A stretch of 64,000 nt of DNA, from the NCBI GenBank assembly GCA_963701095.1, contig OY969564.1, forward strand, positions 2,368,001-2,432,000. Direction: 5' to 3'. The position numbers and the translations under genes were made by a program. Every line of letters begins with the position of its first letter. Positions within the stretch are counted from its first letter, which is position 1. Shown one piece after another: positions 29,110 through 40,026 of this stretch. The stretch is from an uncultured Methanoregulaceae archaeon (GTDB lineage: Archaea; Halobacteriota; Methanomicrobia; Methanomicrobiales; Methanospirillaceae). The notes under the pieces were generated by a model. That model saw only the letters and a list, made by a program, of their open reading frames with translations. It was not told where the DNA came from and searched no databases.

Positions 29110-29934
29110 TTACCGGTTTTTCAGTGCCGATAGATCGGGTTTCCTTCCGTGTTGTGCCATCATATCTCTTACCATAACGTCCGGGTGATGGTAGCGCCCA
29201 TGATCTTTTGATTTTTCCCCTAGTTGGATGGATTTTGTCGGGCAGAAGTTTATGCAGGCAAAACACATCTCACAGTTGTGATGCCAGACCGGTCGCTTTT
29301 TTTCTATCGTAATATTTCCTACCGGGCATACTTTCTCACAGGTTGTGCACCCGGTACAGCTGGTGAGGACGGTGAATTTTCGGTCCTCACTTGCGCTTAA
29401 CCAGGCAAAGACCGGGTGGGCAAACCGGAGGATCCCAACCTTTCGGTCGTTCTCTCTATCCCGAATCGTTTTACGTTCCCGGATCGCTGCTGCGATTGCC
29501 GTTACTTTCAGTGATGCGTTCCGGAACATGTCCTGCATTGCCGCGGTTTCCGGGCCTTCCGGGCCAAATACGTAGTTCTGGGGCATGAGGACACCAAACG
29601 CAGCATCAAGCGTTTTACGTTTTCGTTTCAGGATTTTTTCCAGTTCCCGGAATGCCCCGGAAATGCCGCTTTCCGCGAACGTGCAGGTACAGAAAAGGTA
29701 AGTAGCATCTGAAAGATCGACTTGTTTAGCGAACCGGGCCACTATTTTCGGAAGTCCCATGACGTATACCGGAAAGACAAAGCCAACTGCTCCAACAGGA
29801 GCCCGGACCGGCACATCGCCGTTCATTACTTTCGGGATTGGGACAAGATCGGTGTCTCCCAGATCCGCGGCAAGTTGTCGTGCTACGGCAAGTGAGTTTC
29901 CCGTTCCGGTGAAATAATAAATAGTGGTCGGCAT
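29110..29934 (-). CDS. EFR1-family flavodoxin-ferredoxin fusion
   Basis: YYFTGTGNS; CTGCTTCEKVCP and CEMCFACINFCP. Confidence 0.92.
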   Translation of the reverse strand: MPTTIYYFTGTGNSLAVARQLAADLGDTDLVPIPKVMNGDVPVRAPVGAVGFVFPVYVMGLPKIVARFAKQVDLSDATYLFCTCTFAESGISGAFRELEKILKRKRKTLDAAFGVLMPQNYVFGPEGPETAAMQDMFRNASLKVTAIAAAIRERKTIRDRENDRKVGILRFAHPVFAWLSASEDRKFTVLTSCTGCTTCEKVCPVGNITIEKKRPVWHHNCEMCFACINFCPTKSIQLGEKSKDHGRYHHPDVMVRDMMAQHGRKPDLSALKNR

Positions 29935-30047
29935 TGACGGATCGCTTCTCGAAAGAAAAATAGAACGTAGGGGATTAATAAGGAAACCTGTGGCTCCTTT
30001 TTGTCTTCGCTCTGATCTGACTGAAAAAGGATGTTTTTCCCCGGTCT

Positions 30048-30647
30048 CTAGAACACCAGCTCATCTAGGGCGTACCGGATCTTAGGCTTTGATGTATCTG
30101 CCGCATAGCCGATCGGGCAGAGCATCACCGGGGTGAGGTTTATCGGAATCTTCAGGATCTGGGAATAAGCAGCCGGGTTAAATCCACCCATCGGGCAGGA
30201 ATCAAAGCCAAGCGATTTTGCACCGTTGAGGGCATTACCGAGCGCAAGATAGGTTTGTGCCTGTGACCAGGCTTTGCGCTGCTCCAGAGACATCCCGGCA
30301 ACAAAACCGGTCGCCATTTCGGTTATCATCGTTACCATATCCATCGGCACGTGGTTCTTTTTCATGAGGTCACCAAGCCGTTTGATCAGGCTTTCATAAT
30401 CTGCGTCCGCACAGAAAACCAGCAGATGCGAACAGGTTGTTATCTGCTCCTGGTCGTTTGAGGCTTGACGCAGCGATTCTTTGGTTTTTTTATCGGTGAC
30501 AATCTTGATCTTCCAAGGCTGGAGGTTCAGGGCAGATGGTGCATACCGCACCAGCTCCAGTAATTCATTCACTTTCGCATCAGGGATTGTCCGGCCGTCA
30601 AATTTCTTGGTCGCGTACCGTTGCATAACGCATTCTTTAAACTGCAT
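30048..30647 (-). CDS. Nitroreductase family protein
   Basis: RYATKKFD, APSALNLQPW, DSCPMGGF. Confidence 0.93.
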   Translation of the reverse strand: MQFKECVMQRYATKKFDGRTIPDAKVNELLELVRYAPSALNLQPWKIKIVTDKKTKESLRQASNDQEQITTCSHLLVFCADADYESLIKRLGDLMKKNHVPMDMVTMITEMATGFVAGMSLEQRKAWSQAQTYLALGNALNGAKSLGFDSCPMGGFNPAAYSQILKIPINLTPVMLCPIGYAADTSKPKIRYALDELVF

Positions 30648-30823
30648 TCTTTTCACCAGATGCGATCATCAGCTCCCTCACGTAAAGGGTTTGTTATGAG
30701 GCCAACTTTTTTCAGCTAGGTTTATGGCGAAAGTCAATATGATCGCACTGGCAATCTGTCCTAAGTGTAACTGTAATTTCACCGTCCGGTTTATGAAAGA
30801 CCAGGGCGTGAGGAGATGAAGCA

Positions 30824-32009
30824 ATGAGCGATAGTGTAAAAAAAGTATCGGTGGTCCGGTGCGATGACTATGACCGTGAGAAAACATGTGCTGCTGTCCT
30901 GCGAGCAATTGACCTTGTCGGGGGTTTGGGCACATTTGTCCAGCCGGAGCAGAAGGTTTTCGTGAAGTTTAACCTCTTGCAGGGATCGATGCCTGAAACG
31001 TGCGTGACCACGAACCCGGAAGTTGTGTATGCCGTGGCAAAGCTTCTGAGAGACTATGGCTGTGAGGTGCTCCTGGGAGACAGCCCGGCTCCGGATCACG
31101 CTATACTGAAAACAATCTCCGGAAAGCGTACGCGGTGTGCGGGTATGATAAAATCGCACAAGATCTCGGGATCGCCCTGAATTATGACGTAGGATTCCAG
31201 GAAGTTTCTGCCCCCGAGAGCCGTACAATCAAACGGTTTCCGATCATCAATCCTGCGCTGGACTGCGATGCCGTGGTCGTTGTCTCCAAGGCAAAGACCC
31301 ATATGCTGACGTACCTTTCCGGCGGGGCGAAAAACATATTTGGTGTCATTCCAGGTCTCGATAAACCGACATATCATGCGAGACTGCCGGATCCTGCCGC
31401 GTTCGGGCGCATGATAGTCGATATTAACGATGTGGTCAAGCCAAAACTGCAGGTTATGGATGCGGTTATGGGTATGGAAGGAGAAGGCCCCCATGCCGGA
31501 ACCCCCCGGAAGATCGGAGCCGTCCTGGCCTCCGGAGACTACAGTGCCATTGACGTCGCCACCTCTCGGCTTATGGCCATTGATCCTCTCCGTGTGCCAA
31601 CTATCACCGCCGCTATCGAACGAGGATACCTGAAGGAGGATTTCAGCGATATCTCCCTCGTTGGCGATAACCTGTCGGATTTCATTGTAAAGGGATACCG
31701 GGGGCCATCTACTTTCCTTGGAGAAGACAGTACCCAAGGTAAATCCCACTTTCTCTTACGGCTCGTCTTTAAACTGGTCAACGAGTACCCGCCCCGCCGG
31801 TGATTCATGCCGATCACTGCATAAGCTGCATGAAATGCGTCCGGAGCTGCCCGGTGAAAACGATAGGAGTTGTCGACAATAAGCCACGGATTGGTTATAA
31901 GAACTGCATCAAATGCTACTGCTGCCATGAGATGTGTGATAGTCATGCGATAACCCTTGAAAGAAGCCTTACCGGCAAGGTGCTTGCAGGATTGATTACC
32001 AGAAAATAA
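30824..32009 (+). CDS. DUF362 protein with C-terminal 2x[4Fe-4S] domain; frameshifts near 31088 and 31797
   Basis: VKFNLL, TTNPEVV, KAKTH, GGAKNIFG, MEGEGP; CISCMKCVRSCP and CIKCYCCHEMC spread over three ORFs. Confidence 0.88.
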
Positions 32010-32103
32010 ATCGCCTTCGTGTTCTCCAGCATGTAAAACGTAAAAATCCCATCAACACTTTTTTCCGAAGATCTAATCACCCGGTAGTGCTCATCAGATA
32101 CCT

Positions 32104-33099
32104 ATGAAGATCCTCTTCTGCGGCGAGAGTTTTCCCGAGGCTCGCAAGCAACTCGATGCCCTCCTCCCCAACGATGAGATTCTTGCGTTCCCGCCAGAAA
32201 AGATCGGCCCCCATATCAAAGAGGCGGACGTTGTTGTGCCTCTGGTCACCCGGGTTGATGAGACTATCATCTGTCAGGGGACATTCGGCCTTATCCAACA
32301 GTTCGGCGTCGGGCTCGAATCCGTCGATATTGAGGCAGCAACGAAGCATGGGGTCCGGGTTGCGCGTATACCCAGCGAAGAATCCGGTAATGCTGCGTCA
32401 GTAGCCGAGCATGCGATCCTCCTCATGCTTATGCTCTCCCGTAAATGGAATGTCATAACAGCAGCCCGGAAGGAAGGAACAAAGGTCCCGTGGGGATCAC
32501 CGGCCGGGCAGGCACTCCGGGGTAAGACTGTTTGTGTTGTCGGCCTTGGGGGCGTTGGAAGAGAGCTTGTCCGCAGGCTTTCCGGGTTCGAGGTACAGAT
32601 TATAACCGTCGATGATCATCCTGGCCGGTTTGTGCCAGGAATTGCGATCAGCCGTTCCTGTTCATTGGCCGGACTTCAGGAAAGCCTTGCATACGCAGAT
32701 TACGTTGTGATCTGCATCAACTATACTCCCGACCGTTTCCACCTTATCGGCGAAAGGGAGATTTCCTCCATGAAACCGGGTGTTTTTCTCGTCAATGTCG
32801 CCCGGGGCGGGCTTCTTGACCAGGATACCCTCTTAAAAGCACTTCGGTCTGGTCATGTTGCCGGTGCCGGTCTCGACGTTTATTGGGAAGAGCCGGTAGA
32901 CATGGGCCATCCCCTTTTTTCAGAGAATGTAATCGCTACCCCTCACATTGCCGGTGTCACAGATGTCTCCTATGAGGGTATTGCAAGGGCGTTTGCAGAG
33001 AACATGCGAAGGTATGCCTCCGGTGAACCGCCGTTATACCTTGCCAACGCCCCGGCTTCACCGCGAGCTGATAAAACCGCGAGTATGAATCAAATCTGA
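32104..33099 (+). CDS. D-2-hydroxyacid dehydrogenase
   Basis: GLGGVG, VNVARG, GLDVYWEEP, TPHIAG. Confidence 0.93.
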   Translation: MKILFCGESFPEARKQLDALLPNDEILAFPPEKIGPHIKEADVVVPLVTRVDETIICQGTFGLIQQFGVGLESVDIEAATKHGVRVARIPSEESGNAASVAEHAILLMLMLSRKWNVITAARKEGTKVPWGSPAGQALRGKTVCVVGLGGVGRELVRRLSGFEVQIITVDDHPGRFVPGIAISRSCSLAGLQESLAYADYVVICINYTPDRFHLIGEREISSMKPGVFLVNVARGGLLDQDTLLKALRSGHVAGAGLDVYWEEPVDMGHPLFSENVIATPHIAGVTDVSYEGIARAFAENMRRYASGEPPLYLANAPASPRADKTASMNQI

Positions 33100-33575
33100 T
33101 CAACAACGAAGTTTGGGACATTTGCGATTGCTTTAAACATTCTATTTTCTGTTGTTATTGCCTTTCGAAAAAATTTTTGCAGGAGTATATTATTTCTAAT
33201 TAATATCTGTAAATTGTAAAATAAAAAAGGTTAAAATAGGGCAACGGTTAACATAGATATTGTCCTTTTGGAATGCACCCCAACCGGACACATGCACACA
33301 AACACACACGAATACATACGATGTTCACAAGGATTTAGTGAATAAACAGGCAGGTTTGCAGCATTCAGGCACCGGAAGATCCCCTCTAAATCCATCTTTT
33401 ATTGGGACACACCTTATCTCATACCAATAGATATCGCCGGTGCCTGGAGTCCTGCAATATCGGGTACTCTCTTATTTATTGCTCCGTTTCTGCGGAGTGA
33501 ACAGGCTGTATTTGCGAGTTATACATGTAGACAGGTTTTCGTGATAACCGTTTTAGTATGTTAGTACATGCCATT

Positions 33576-34763
33576 TCAGTGCACAAATACGAACACGCCT
33601 GCGGCAATCCCAACCCCCGCAACGACAACCCAGAGTATTTCGGCACCTAAAAGGAGAGAAACAAAGGTTCCTGCTGCAAGAAGGCCGGGGAGCCAGGACC
33701 AGGGAACCGCTAGTGCGAGTTTTATGGTCACGCTCAAGAGCAGCCCTACAAACGAGAACAAGATGCCCTGGAACATTTTCTGGTACAACTGGGAACTGTG
33801 CAGCCAATCATAATAGGGAACTGTCCCGATTACAACCAGAAATGAAGGAGTAAAGATCGCAATTGTTGCAACGACTCCTCCCCAGAAACCGTAGGCAAGA
33901 AAACCGACAAACGTTGCGGTAATAACGATAGGGCCTGGTGTCACCTGGCCAAGGGCGAGTCCGTTGATGAAGGCTGTGCTACTCAGCCATGAATGGACTA
34001 CGACAACCTCCTGGAACATCAGCGGCAGCGAGGCAAATCCTCCGCCAAACGCAAAGAGATCAACCCGTGCCATGGTAGCCGCAAGGGTAAAGAGATCTGG
34101 CTCAAGGAAGTACAACAGGACAAAAAATATGCAGGCACCGGCGAGCAGGATAAAAAAAGAAGTTTCCGGACGAGGTAATGCAGTGACCGGCGCCTCTTGT
34201 TTTTTATCTGGTGCAGGAAGAAGAGCTATTCCCAAAAGGGCTGCGAGGAAAATGACGATAATGGGGTTGATGCCAACAATGAAGAGGACTGCCGCAATCC
34301 CGGCAATGACAAAGGAAAACCATTGTCTGAGTGAAGTTTTTCCAAAAGAGACCGTGGCGTAGGCAACAAGTGCAACAACAATTGCCTGTAATGCGAGGAA
34401 AAGCGCTTTTGCTGGGGGAAGGTTGGCAGTCGAAACATAGACTGCGGAGAGCACCATCATCAGGATAAATGCGGGCAGACCAAAGCCGACAAACGTTGCC
34501 AGTGCACCCGCAACTCCCCGGATACGTAGACCGGTATACGCAGTAACCTGCATGGCCGTAGCCCCGGGAATAGCCTGGCAGAGTGCAACACCCTCATCAA
34601 AGACCGTACCGTCAAGCCACCCTTTCTCATTCACTGCCATTTTCCGAATGTATGGAACCATGGCGGGACCACCAAATGCGGTCAGCCCCAACCGGAAAAA
34701 CGAAAAGAAGAGAGATCCAAGTGAAGGCTGCTGCGAAGCGGACGTTGGAGGGGGATTAACCAT
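33576..34763 (-). CDS. chrA: Chromate efflux transporter (long-chain CHR)
   Basis: AFGGP...CQAIPG and AFGGG...GQVTPGP repeats. Confidence 0.92.
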   Translation of the reverse strand: MVNPPPTSASQQPSLGSLFFSFFRLGLTAFGGPAMVPYIRKMAVNEKGWLDGTVFDEGVALCQAIPGATAMQVTAYTGLRIRGVAGALATFVGFGLPAFILMMVLSAVYVSTANLPPAKALFLALQAIVVALVAYATVSFGKTSLRQWFSFVIAGIAAVLFIVGINPIIVIFLAALLGIALLPAPDKKQEAPVTALPRPETSFFILLAGACIFFVLLYFLEPDLFTLAATMARVDLFAFGGGFASLPLMFQEVVVVHSWLSSTAFINGLALGQVTPGPIVITATFVGFLAYGFWGGVVATIAIFTPSFLVVIGTVPYYDWLHSSQLYQKMFQGILFSFVGLLLSVTIKLALAVPWSWLPGLLAAGTFVSLLLGAEILWVVVAGVGIAAGVFVFVH

Positions 34764-34945
34764 ATTACAAGAGAAATTTCGCTCGCACAGGTGATAATGA
34801 TGCGCAAAATAAAAGCGCGTTGAAAAAAGGTATGCTGCCCCGACAATGAGTATCCATCAACCGGCACAGAGTCTCTCCGGCGAATTAAACACAATATCAT
34901 TTTAATCTCCCGGATTCATGGTACTTACGCCGAGATGAACTTCAG

Positions 34946-35757
34946 ATGAAAAAAGGCAAGGATTATGTCCATGGCTATTCTTCTCGCGAGGCAGAGCGGC
35001 TGCTTGACCAGGCGCAGACACTGACGGATTTGCTTCACCATGACACCCGATATCCGGCAGGGAGCCGGGTGCTCGAAGCCGGCTGTGGTGTTGGTGCCCA
35101 GACCGTGATGCTTGCAGCGGGAAGTCCGGACGCCTCTTTTACCTGCATAGACTGCTCCGAGAAATCTCTTGCAGAAGCGGAGGCATGGATACAAAAAACC
35201 GGGCACAAGAACGTAGTTTTCCAAAAAGCCGACATATTCAATCTTCCTTTTCCTCCTGCCAGTTTCGATCATGTCTTTGTCTGTTTCGTTCTTGAACACC
35301 TTACGGATCCTGCCGGCGCACTTTATAATCTGAAAAATATGCTAAAACCCGGGGGGACTATTACGGTTATTGAAGGAGACCACGGCTCCGCATATTTCCA
35401 CCCTGACAGTGTATATGCCAGAGACGCTATCTCTTGTCTTGTTACGTTACAAAAAGAAGCAGGAGGAAACGCCCTTGTCGGTCGGGAGCTTTACCCTCTC
35501 CTCACCAGATCCGGATTTTCCCAGGTCAGTGTTTCTCCCCGTATGGTCTATGTTGATGCATCCCGCCCCGCACTTGTTGAAGGGTTTACCAAACTGACCT
35601 TTACCGCGATGGTAGAGGGGGTGCGGGAGGAGCTTTGTTCAGGGGAATGATGACCGGATCAGATTGGGACCGGGGGATCGCTGACCTGTACCGGACCTGC
35701 GAACCGGACGGAGTGTTCTGTTATACATTTTTCAAGGCAATCGGAGTAAGGAAGTGA
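34946..35757 (+). CDS. SAM-dependent methyltransferase; frameshift near 35632
   Basis: YVHGYS..EAERL.DQA, LEAGCGVG; C-terminus ...WDRGIADLYRT..DGVFCYTFFKAIGVRK* lies in another frame. Confidence 0.88.
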
Positions 35758-35761
35758 GGTT

Positions 35762-36370
35762 TTGATAGTAACAGTCATTCTTGCCCATCCTCACCAGGGC
35801 AGTTTCAACCATGCAATTGCTGATACTGTTGTTACTACTCTCACGGCATGCGGGCATACGGTCAGGTTCCACGACCTGTATCAGGAACACTTTGATCCCA
35901 TATTACCTTACGAAGAGATCCAACGGGACGCGTCCCTGCCCCCAGATATTGCCCGACACTGTCTGGAAATTTCCGCAGCAGATGGTATCGTTATCATCCA
36001 TCCGGACTGGTGGGGACAGCCTCCCGCGATCCTGAAAGGATGGGTTGACCGTGTCCTGCGCCCGCAGGTTGCCTACCGTTTTCAGGAAGGAGATAACGGA
36101 CAAGGCATCCCTCTAGGACTGTTAAAGGCTAAGACAGCGTTTGTTTTCAATACGTCAAACACCCCGGATCAGCAGGAAAAAGAGGTCTTTGGCGACCCTC
36201 TGGGTCGGCTCTGGAAGGATTGCATTCTCTCGTTCTGTGGCGTACCGGTTTTTAACCGCAGGGTGTTCTCAGTTGTCGTCACCAGTACCCCGGAAGAAAG
36301 GAAGGGATGGCTGGACGAGGTATCAACGCTCGTAAAAAGAACCTTTCCTCAAAGAAATGCAAAAGGGTAA
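35762..36370 (+). CDS. Flavodoxin-fold NAD(P)H:quinone oxidoreductase
   Basis: AHPHQGSFNHAI, HPDWWGQPPAILKGWVDRV. Confidence 0.92.
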   Translation: MIVTVILAHPHQGSFNHAIADTVVTTLTACGHTVRFHDLYQEHFDPILPYEEIQRDASLPPDIARHCLEISAADGIVIIHPDWWGQPPAILKGWVDRVLRPQVAYRFQEGDNGQGIPLGLLKAKTAFVFNTSNTPDQQEKEVFGDPLGRLWKDCILSFCGVPVFNRRVFSVVVTSTPEERKGWLDEVSTLVKRTFPQRNAKG

Positions 36371-36401
36371 ACCCAATGAGAATGTACATCGAACCGGTTA
36401 C

Positions 36402-37610
36402 ATGAGTAAATTCCTCCACCCCGTTGATGTGGCTGAAGCGGTTGCCACTTCTCGTCATATTGCCCCGGATTTTGTACCAGAGGATGTTCCCGCGGATTGC
36501 GCAACTGGACGAGTACTCTGCGAAGATGTTATAGCCCGGGAAGATATCCCGGGTTTTGACCGTTCTGTTGTTGACGGTTTTGCAGTCAACTTTGAGGATA
36601 CAACCGGATCCAGCGAATCAATCCCGGCACTACTCAATTGTGGAGGCCGCGTTTCTATGGGAGCACCGGAGCAGGGGCTTGTAGTATCCAGAGGGAGGTG
36701 TGCATATATACCCACCGGAGGTGTCCTCCCGGAAGGCGCGGATGCCGTGATTATGGTTGAGCATACGGAAAGGGCCGGCGATACAGTGTTGGTCAAACGA
36801 CCTGTGGTGTACGGCGAAAACGTGTTGTTCCATGACGAAGATTACCGACGCGGTGCTGTTATCCTCCAAGCCGGCCGCAGACTAACTCCGCAGGATACCG
36901 GAGTGCTTGCAGCCTGCGGCAGGACTTCGGTTGCGGTTGCACGACGACCGGTGATTGGGATCATTTCTACCGGTAACGAACTTGTCCCGGTAACGGCTAC
37001 CCCGGGACCAGGGCAGGTCCGGGATGCCAACGCGTCCATGCTTGCGGCATATCTCAATGAGTACGGGTGTGATCCCCTGCATTATGGTATAGTTCGGGAC
37101 GAATACCGGTCATTTGAAGATGCATTGTCAAAAGCACTCCCGGAATGCGATGCAATCCTTATCTCCGGTGGAAGTTCCAAAGATGACCGGGACATGACTG
37201 CAGGCGTCATTGCCGGCAACGGCGAAGTGTTGGTTCACGGAATTACCCTTGCCCCTGGTAAACCGACAATTATAGGTAGGATCGGGACTACCCCGGTCTT
37301 TGGTCTCCCGGGGCATCCGGCTTCGGCATATGTCGTGCTAATTGTCGTTGTCCTTCCCCTTATCAGCCACATGCTCGGCGAAAAAAAGCCATGCCTTCGT
37401 ACTACACGTGCCGTCCTCGGCGATAGTCTTCCCTCCCAGAAAGGCCGGGAAGAGTACATACGTGTCAGGCTTGAGGAAAGGATCGCGTATCCTGTTTTCG
37501 GGAAGTCCGGGCTCCTTAATACTCTTGTAAACAGTGACGGACTTGTTTGCATCCCTGCCGGCTGCGAAGGTCTTGAAAAAGGCTGCGAGGTGGACGTGAT
37601 TCTCTGGTGA
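36402..37610 (+). CDS. moeA: Molybdopterin molybdenumtransferase
   Basis: PGFDRSVVDGFAV, ISTGNEL, SGGSS, PGKPT, GLPGHP. Confidence 0.93.
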   Translation: MSKFLHPVDVAEAVATSRHIAPDFVPEDVPADCATGRVLCEDVIAREDIPGFDRSVVDGFAVNFEDTTGSSESIPALLNCGGRVSMGAPEQGLVVSRGRCAYIPTGGVLPEGADAVIMVEHTERAGDTVLVKRPVVYGENVLFHDEDYRRGAVILQAGRRLTPQDTGVLAACGRTSVAVARRPVIGIISTGNELVPVTATPGPGQVRDANASMLAAYLNEYGCDPLHYGIVRDEYRSFEDALSKALPECDAILISGGSSKDDRDMTAGVIAGNGEVLVHGITLAPGKPTIIGRIGTTPVFGLPGHPASAYVVLIVVVLPLISHMLGEKKPCLRTTRAVLGDSLPSQKGREEYIRVRLEERIAYPVFGKSGLLNTLVNSDGLVCIPAGCEGLEKGCEVDVILW

Positions 37611-37643
37611 AAAGGAAAATTGACCGGATTATTACCGGGTAAT

Positions 37644-37837
37644 TCAATCATCAAGTTTCTTAAAAACGCCTTTTTTGCATTTCAGGATCCTGCACAGCGG
37701 GCAGCGCCATGTGTCCGGCAGGTCTTCGAAAGGAACCCCGGGGGGATCCCCTGGGTCTTATCCCCTTTTTCAGGGTCGTAAATATAATGGCATTCAAGAC
37801 ATACCCAGCGGGCGGGTTTTACCGTCTGTTGTGTCAT
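37644..37837 (-). CDS. Rubredoxin; frameshift near 37738
   Basis: [22 protein letters not shown][V][14 protein letters not shown]...[10 protein letters not shown]. Confidence 0.85.
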
Positions 37838-37915
37838 CTGGTAACCTCGGTTAATTCTGTTCAATTCTTCAACGTTACCAGATATGAACTCTCCCGTCAG
37901 GGCAGGGCCTCCGGT

Positions 37916-38488
37916 TCACGGAAAATTTTCCCGGACAAACTCATGGGCAGCTCTGGCAGAAAGCCGCGCTACCCGGAGTGGTTCGGGGATCTTTCCCTCT
38001 TTGGTGAATTCCGAGCAAAGCCTGCCGGCATCCTGTATAGAAATGCCCCAGCTTCGCAAGAATACCGTTAGTCCATCCTGCAGGTTGTAAGGTGTGCGTT
38101 CTCCCAATCTGCAGTACGCATCAAGACGTTGCATATCCCCGGGAAAATGGTGGCGGATATCTTCCTCAAGTCCTGCAGAGTCTTCATAGGTGACGCATAT
38201 AACCGGAAGCCCTGAATACTCAGTTACTTTCTGGGGGTCGATGATATTGAAAAAGGCAATGACACAACCCGAGAGAAAAATTACATTGATGTCCCGGCGG
38301 TCAAGGGACTGTATAATATTAAGGACACCTGTGGTCGCATCCATTCCGCCGACTGTAACGTGAGAAAAAGCAACTCCGTCGACGATAAGATCTTTTCGCA
38401 TCACGATTCCGGCAAGGGTTGACTTTTCCCGGCCGGAATAACTTTCCGCAATGCCAAGGGACCGCAGCCCTTTTTTCGGGATGTGCAT
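37916..38488 (-). CDS. DUF99/UPF0215 family protein
   Basis: LGIAESY, VGGMDAT, GCVIAFFNIID, IPEPLRVA. Confidence 0.85.
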   Translation of the reverse strand: MHIPKKGLRSLGIAESYSGREKSTLAGIVMRKDLIVDGVAFSHVTVGGMDATTGVLNIIQSLDRRDINVIFLSGCVIAFFNIIDPQKVTEYSGLPVICVTYEDSAGLEEDIRHHFPGDMQRLDAYCRLGERTPYNLQDGLTVFLRSWGISIQDAGRLCSEFTKEGKIPEPLRVARLSARAAHEFVRENFP

Positions 38489-38526
38489 AGAAGCACTTAT
38501 GACACCTTGTTAAAAATACTATACCA

Positions 38527-39448
38527 ATGAAATTCAACAAAGATGAGGTCTGTATCCTTATCCCCACGCTGAATGAAAGTCTGACCGTAGGCCCGGTAAT
38601 AAAGGAATTCCGTACTTTGGGCTACACCCATATTCTCATCATGGATGGGAAAAGTACGGATAATACCGTAAAAAATGCCCGGGAAGCCGGGGCTTTAGTC
38701 AGGACGCAGTCTGGCAAGGGAAAAGGCAATGCAATCATTGAAGCATTCGAAGTCATCGAGCAGCCGTATATCCTCATGCTGGACGGGGATGGTACATACT
38801 CGGCAAAAGATGCGGAAAAGATGCTTACACCTCTTTTTCTGGGATTCGACCAGGTTATCGGCGACCGGCTCATGAATGCGGAAGAAGGGTCATTTTCCCG
38901 GCTTAACCTGTTTGGCAACCATATGCTTAATCTTTTTTTCAAGCTCGCCCACAGCCGGGATCTTCATGATATTCTTTCAGGGTACCGGGCATTTACCAAA
39001 ATGTCCATCCAACAGATGAACCTGAAAGAATCAGGTTTTGAGATCGAGACGGAGATGTCAGTGGAAGCAGTCCGGAACGGCCAGCGGATCATGGTTGTTC
39101 CCATACGGGTACTCGCGTCGCCCCGGGACGCCCACGAAACTTTCTCCTTTCCATGATGGGATCCGGATCGTGACGACCATTTACCGGCTCGCCCGGGTTA
39201 ATAATCCTCTTTTCTATTTCGGCATCATGGGGGTGTTTACTACAGTCCTTGGTATTCTTACCGGCGTTTATGTTACCCTTGAATGGTTGCGTCATATCGA
39301 CCACATCCCCCTCACTATCCTGACTGTGCTGCTTATTGTAGTCGGTATCGAGATCTTCATGTTTGGTATGATCTCTGATATGCTGCTGGTATTCCACCGG
39401 GAGATAATCCGGGAGATCCAGATAAACCAGCCGCCCCGGCAGAAATAA
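38527..39448 (+). CDS. aglJ: GT2 dolichol-phosphate glycosyltransferase of S-layer N-glycosylation; frameshift near 39108
   Basis: LIPTLNE, DGDGTY, DILSGYRAF, FEIETE, TKLSPFHDG, NNPLFYF plus two TMs. Confidence 0.85.
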
Positions 39449-39489
39449 AAAAGATTTTTTTAAACCGGGAGTTACGTCCCCGATTGTTT

Positions 39490-40026
39490 TTAAAGAAACA
39501 TCTTCCTGAATGCGATGATCTTGCAGGCGTGTTCGGCAAGGGAAGTTAGCTGAAATGCTTCGTCGAGTGTTGCCCCGGCGGCAAAGGTCCCGTGTGAACG
39601 CGCAATAACGAGTTTGTGGTGAAGCAAAACCTTGGAAACAGCATCTGCAAGACCCGGTGTCCCTGGCGCGCCCGAGGTCACGGGGATGACAGGACAGAAC
39701 ATGACACCCTCAGAATCAAGAGGTATTATCTCATCGGTAACCAGGGATGCAGCAATAGCATACGGCGGATGAGCATGCACAATTGCACGGAACCGTGTTT
39801 TTTGATATACTGCGAGATGAACCCGGTACTCGCTCGAAGCGTCTTTGGGAACAGGGCCATCGAATGGCACAAATACAGGATCACCCGGATCATCGAGATA
39901 AGCCCCGGTCTTTTTAATAAAAAAACCGGCGTCATTTTCCCGCACGCTTATGTTCCCGAAATTACCCCCGACCAGGTGCTCGGCAATTAACCGTTTTCCT
40001 ATTCGTTCAAAGCCATAATCCTGCAT
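39490..40026 (-). CDS. Class II aldolase (fuculose-phosphate aldolase-like)
   Basis: GNISVR, ASSEYRVH, HAHP, HG motifs. Confidence 0.9.
   Translation of the reverse strand: MQDYGFERIGKRLIAEHLVGGNFGNISVRENDAGFFIKKTGAYLDDPGDPVFVPFDGPVPKDASSEYRVHLAVYQKTRFRAIVHAHPPYAIAASLVTDEIIPLDSEGVMFCPVIPVTSGAPGTPGLADAVSKVLLHHKLVIARSHGTFAAGATLDEAFQLTSLAEHACKIIAFRKMFL

Noticed and set aside
33288..33310. CA-rich run as a contingency microsatellite
   Set aside because: Short and imperfect; mentioned only as context for the nearby structured element
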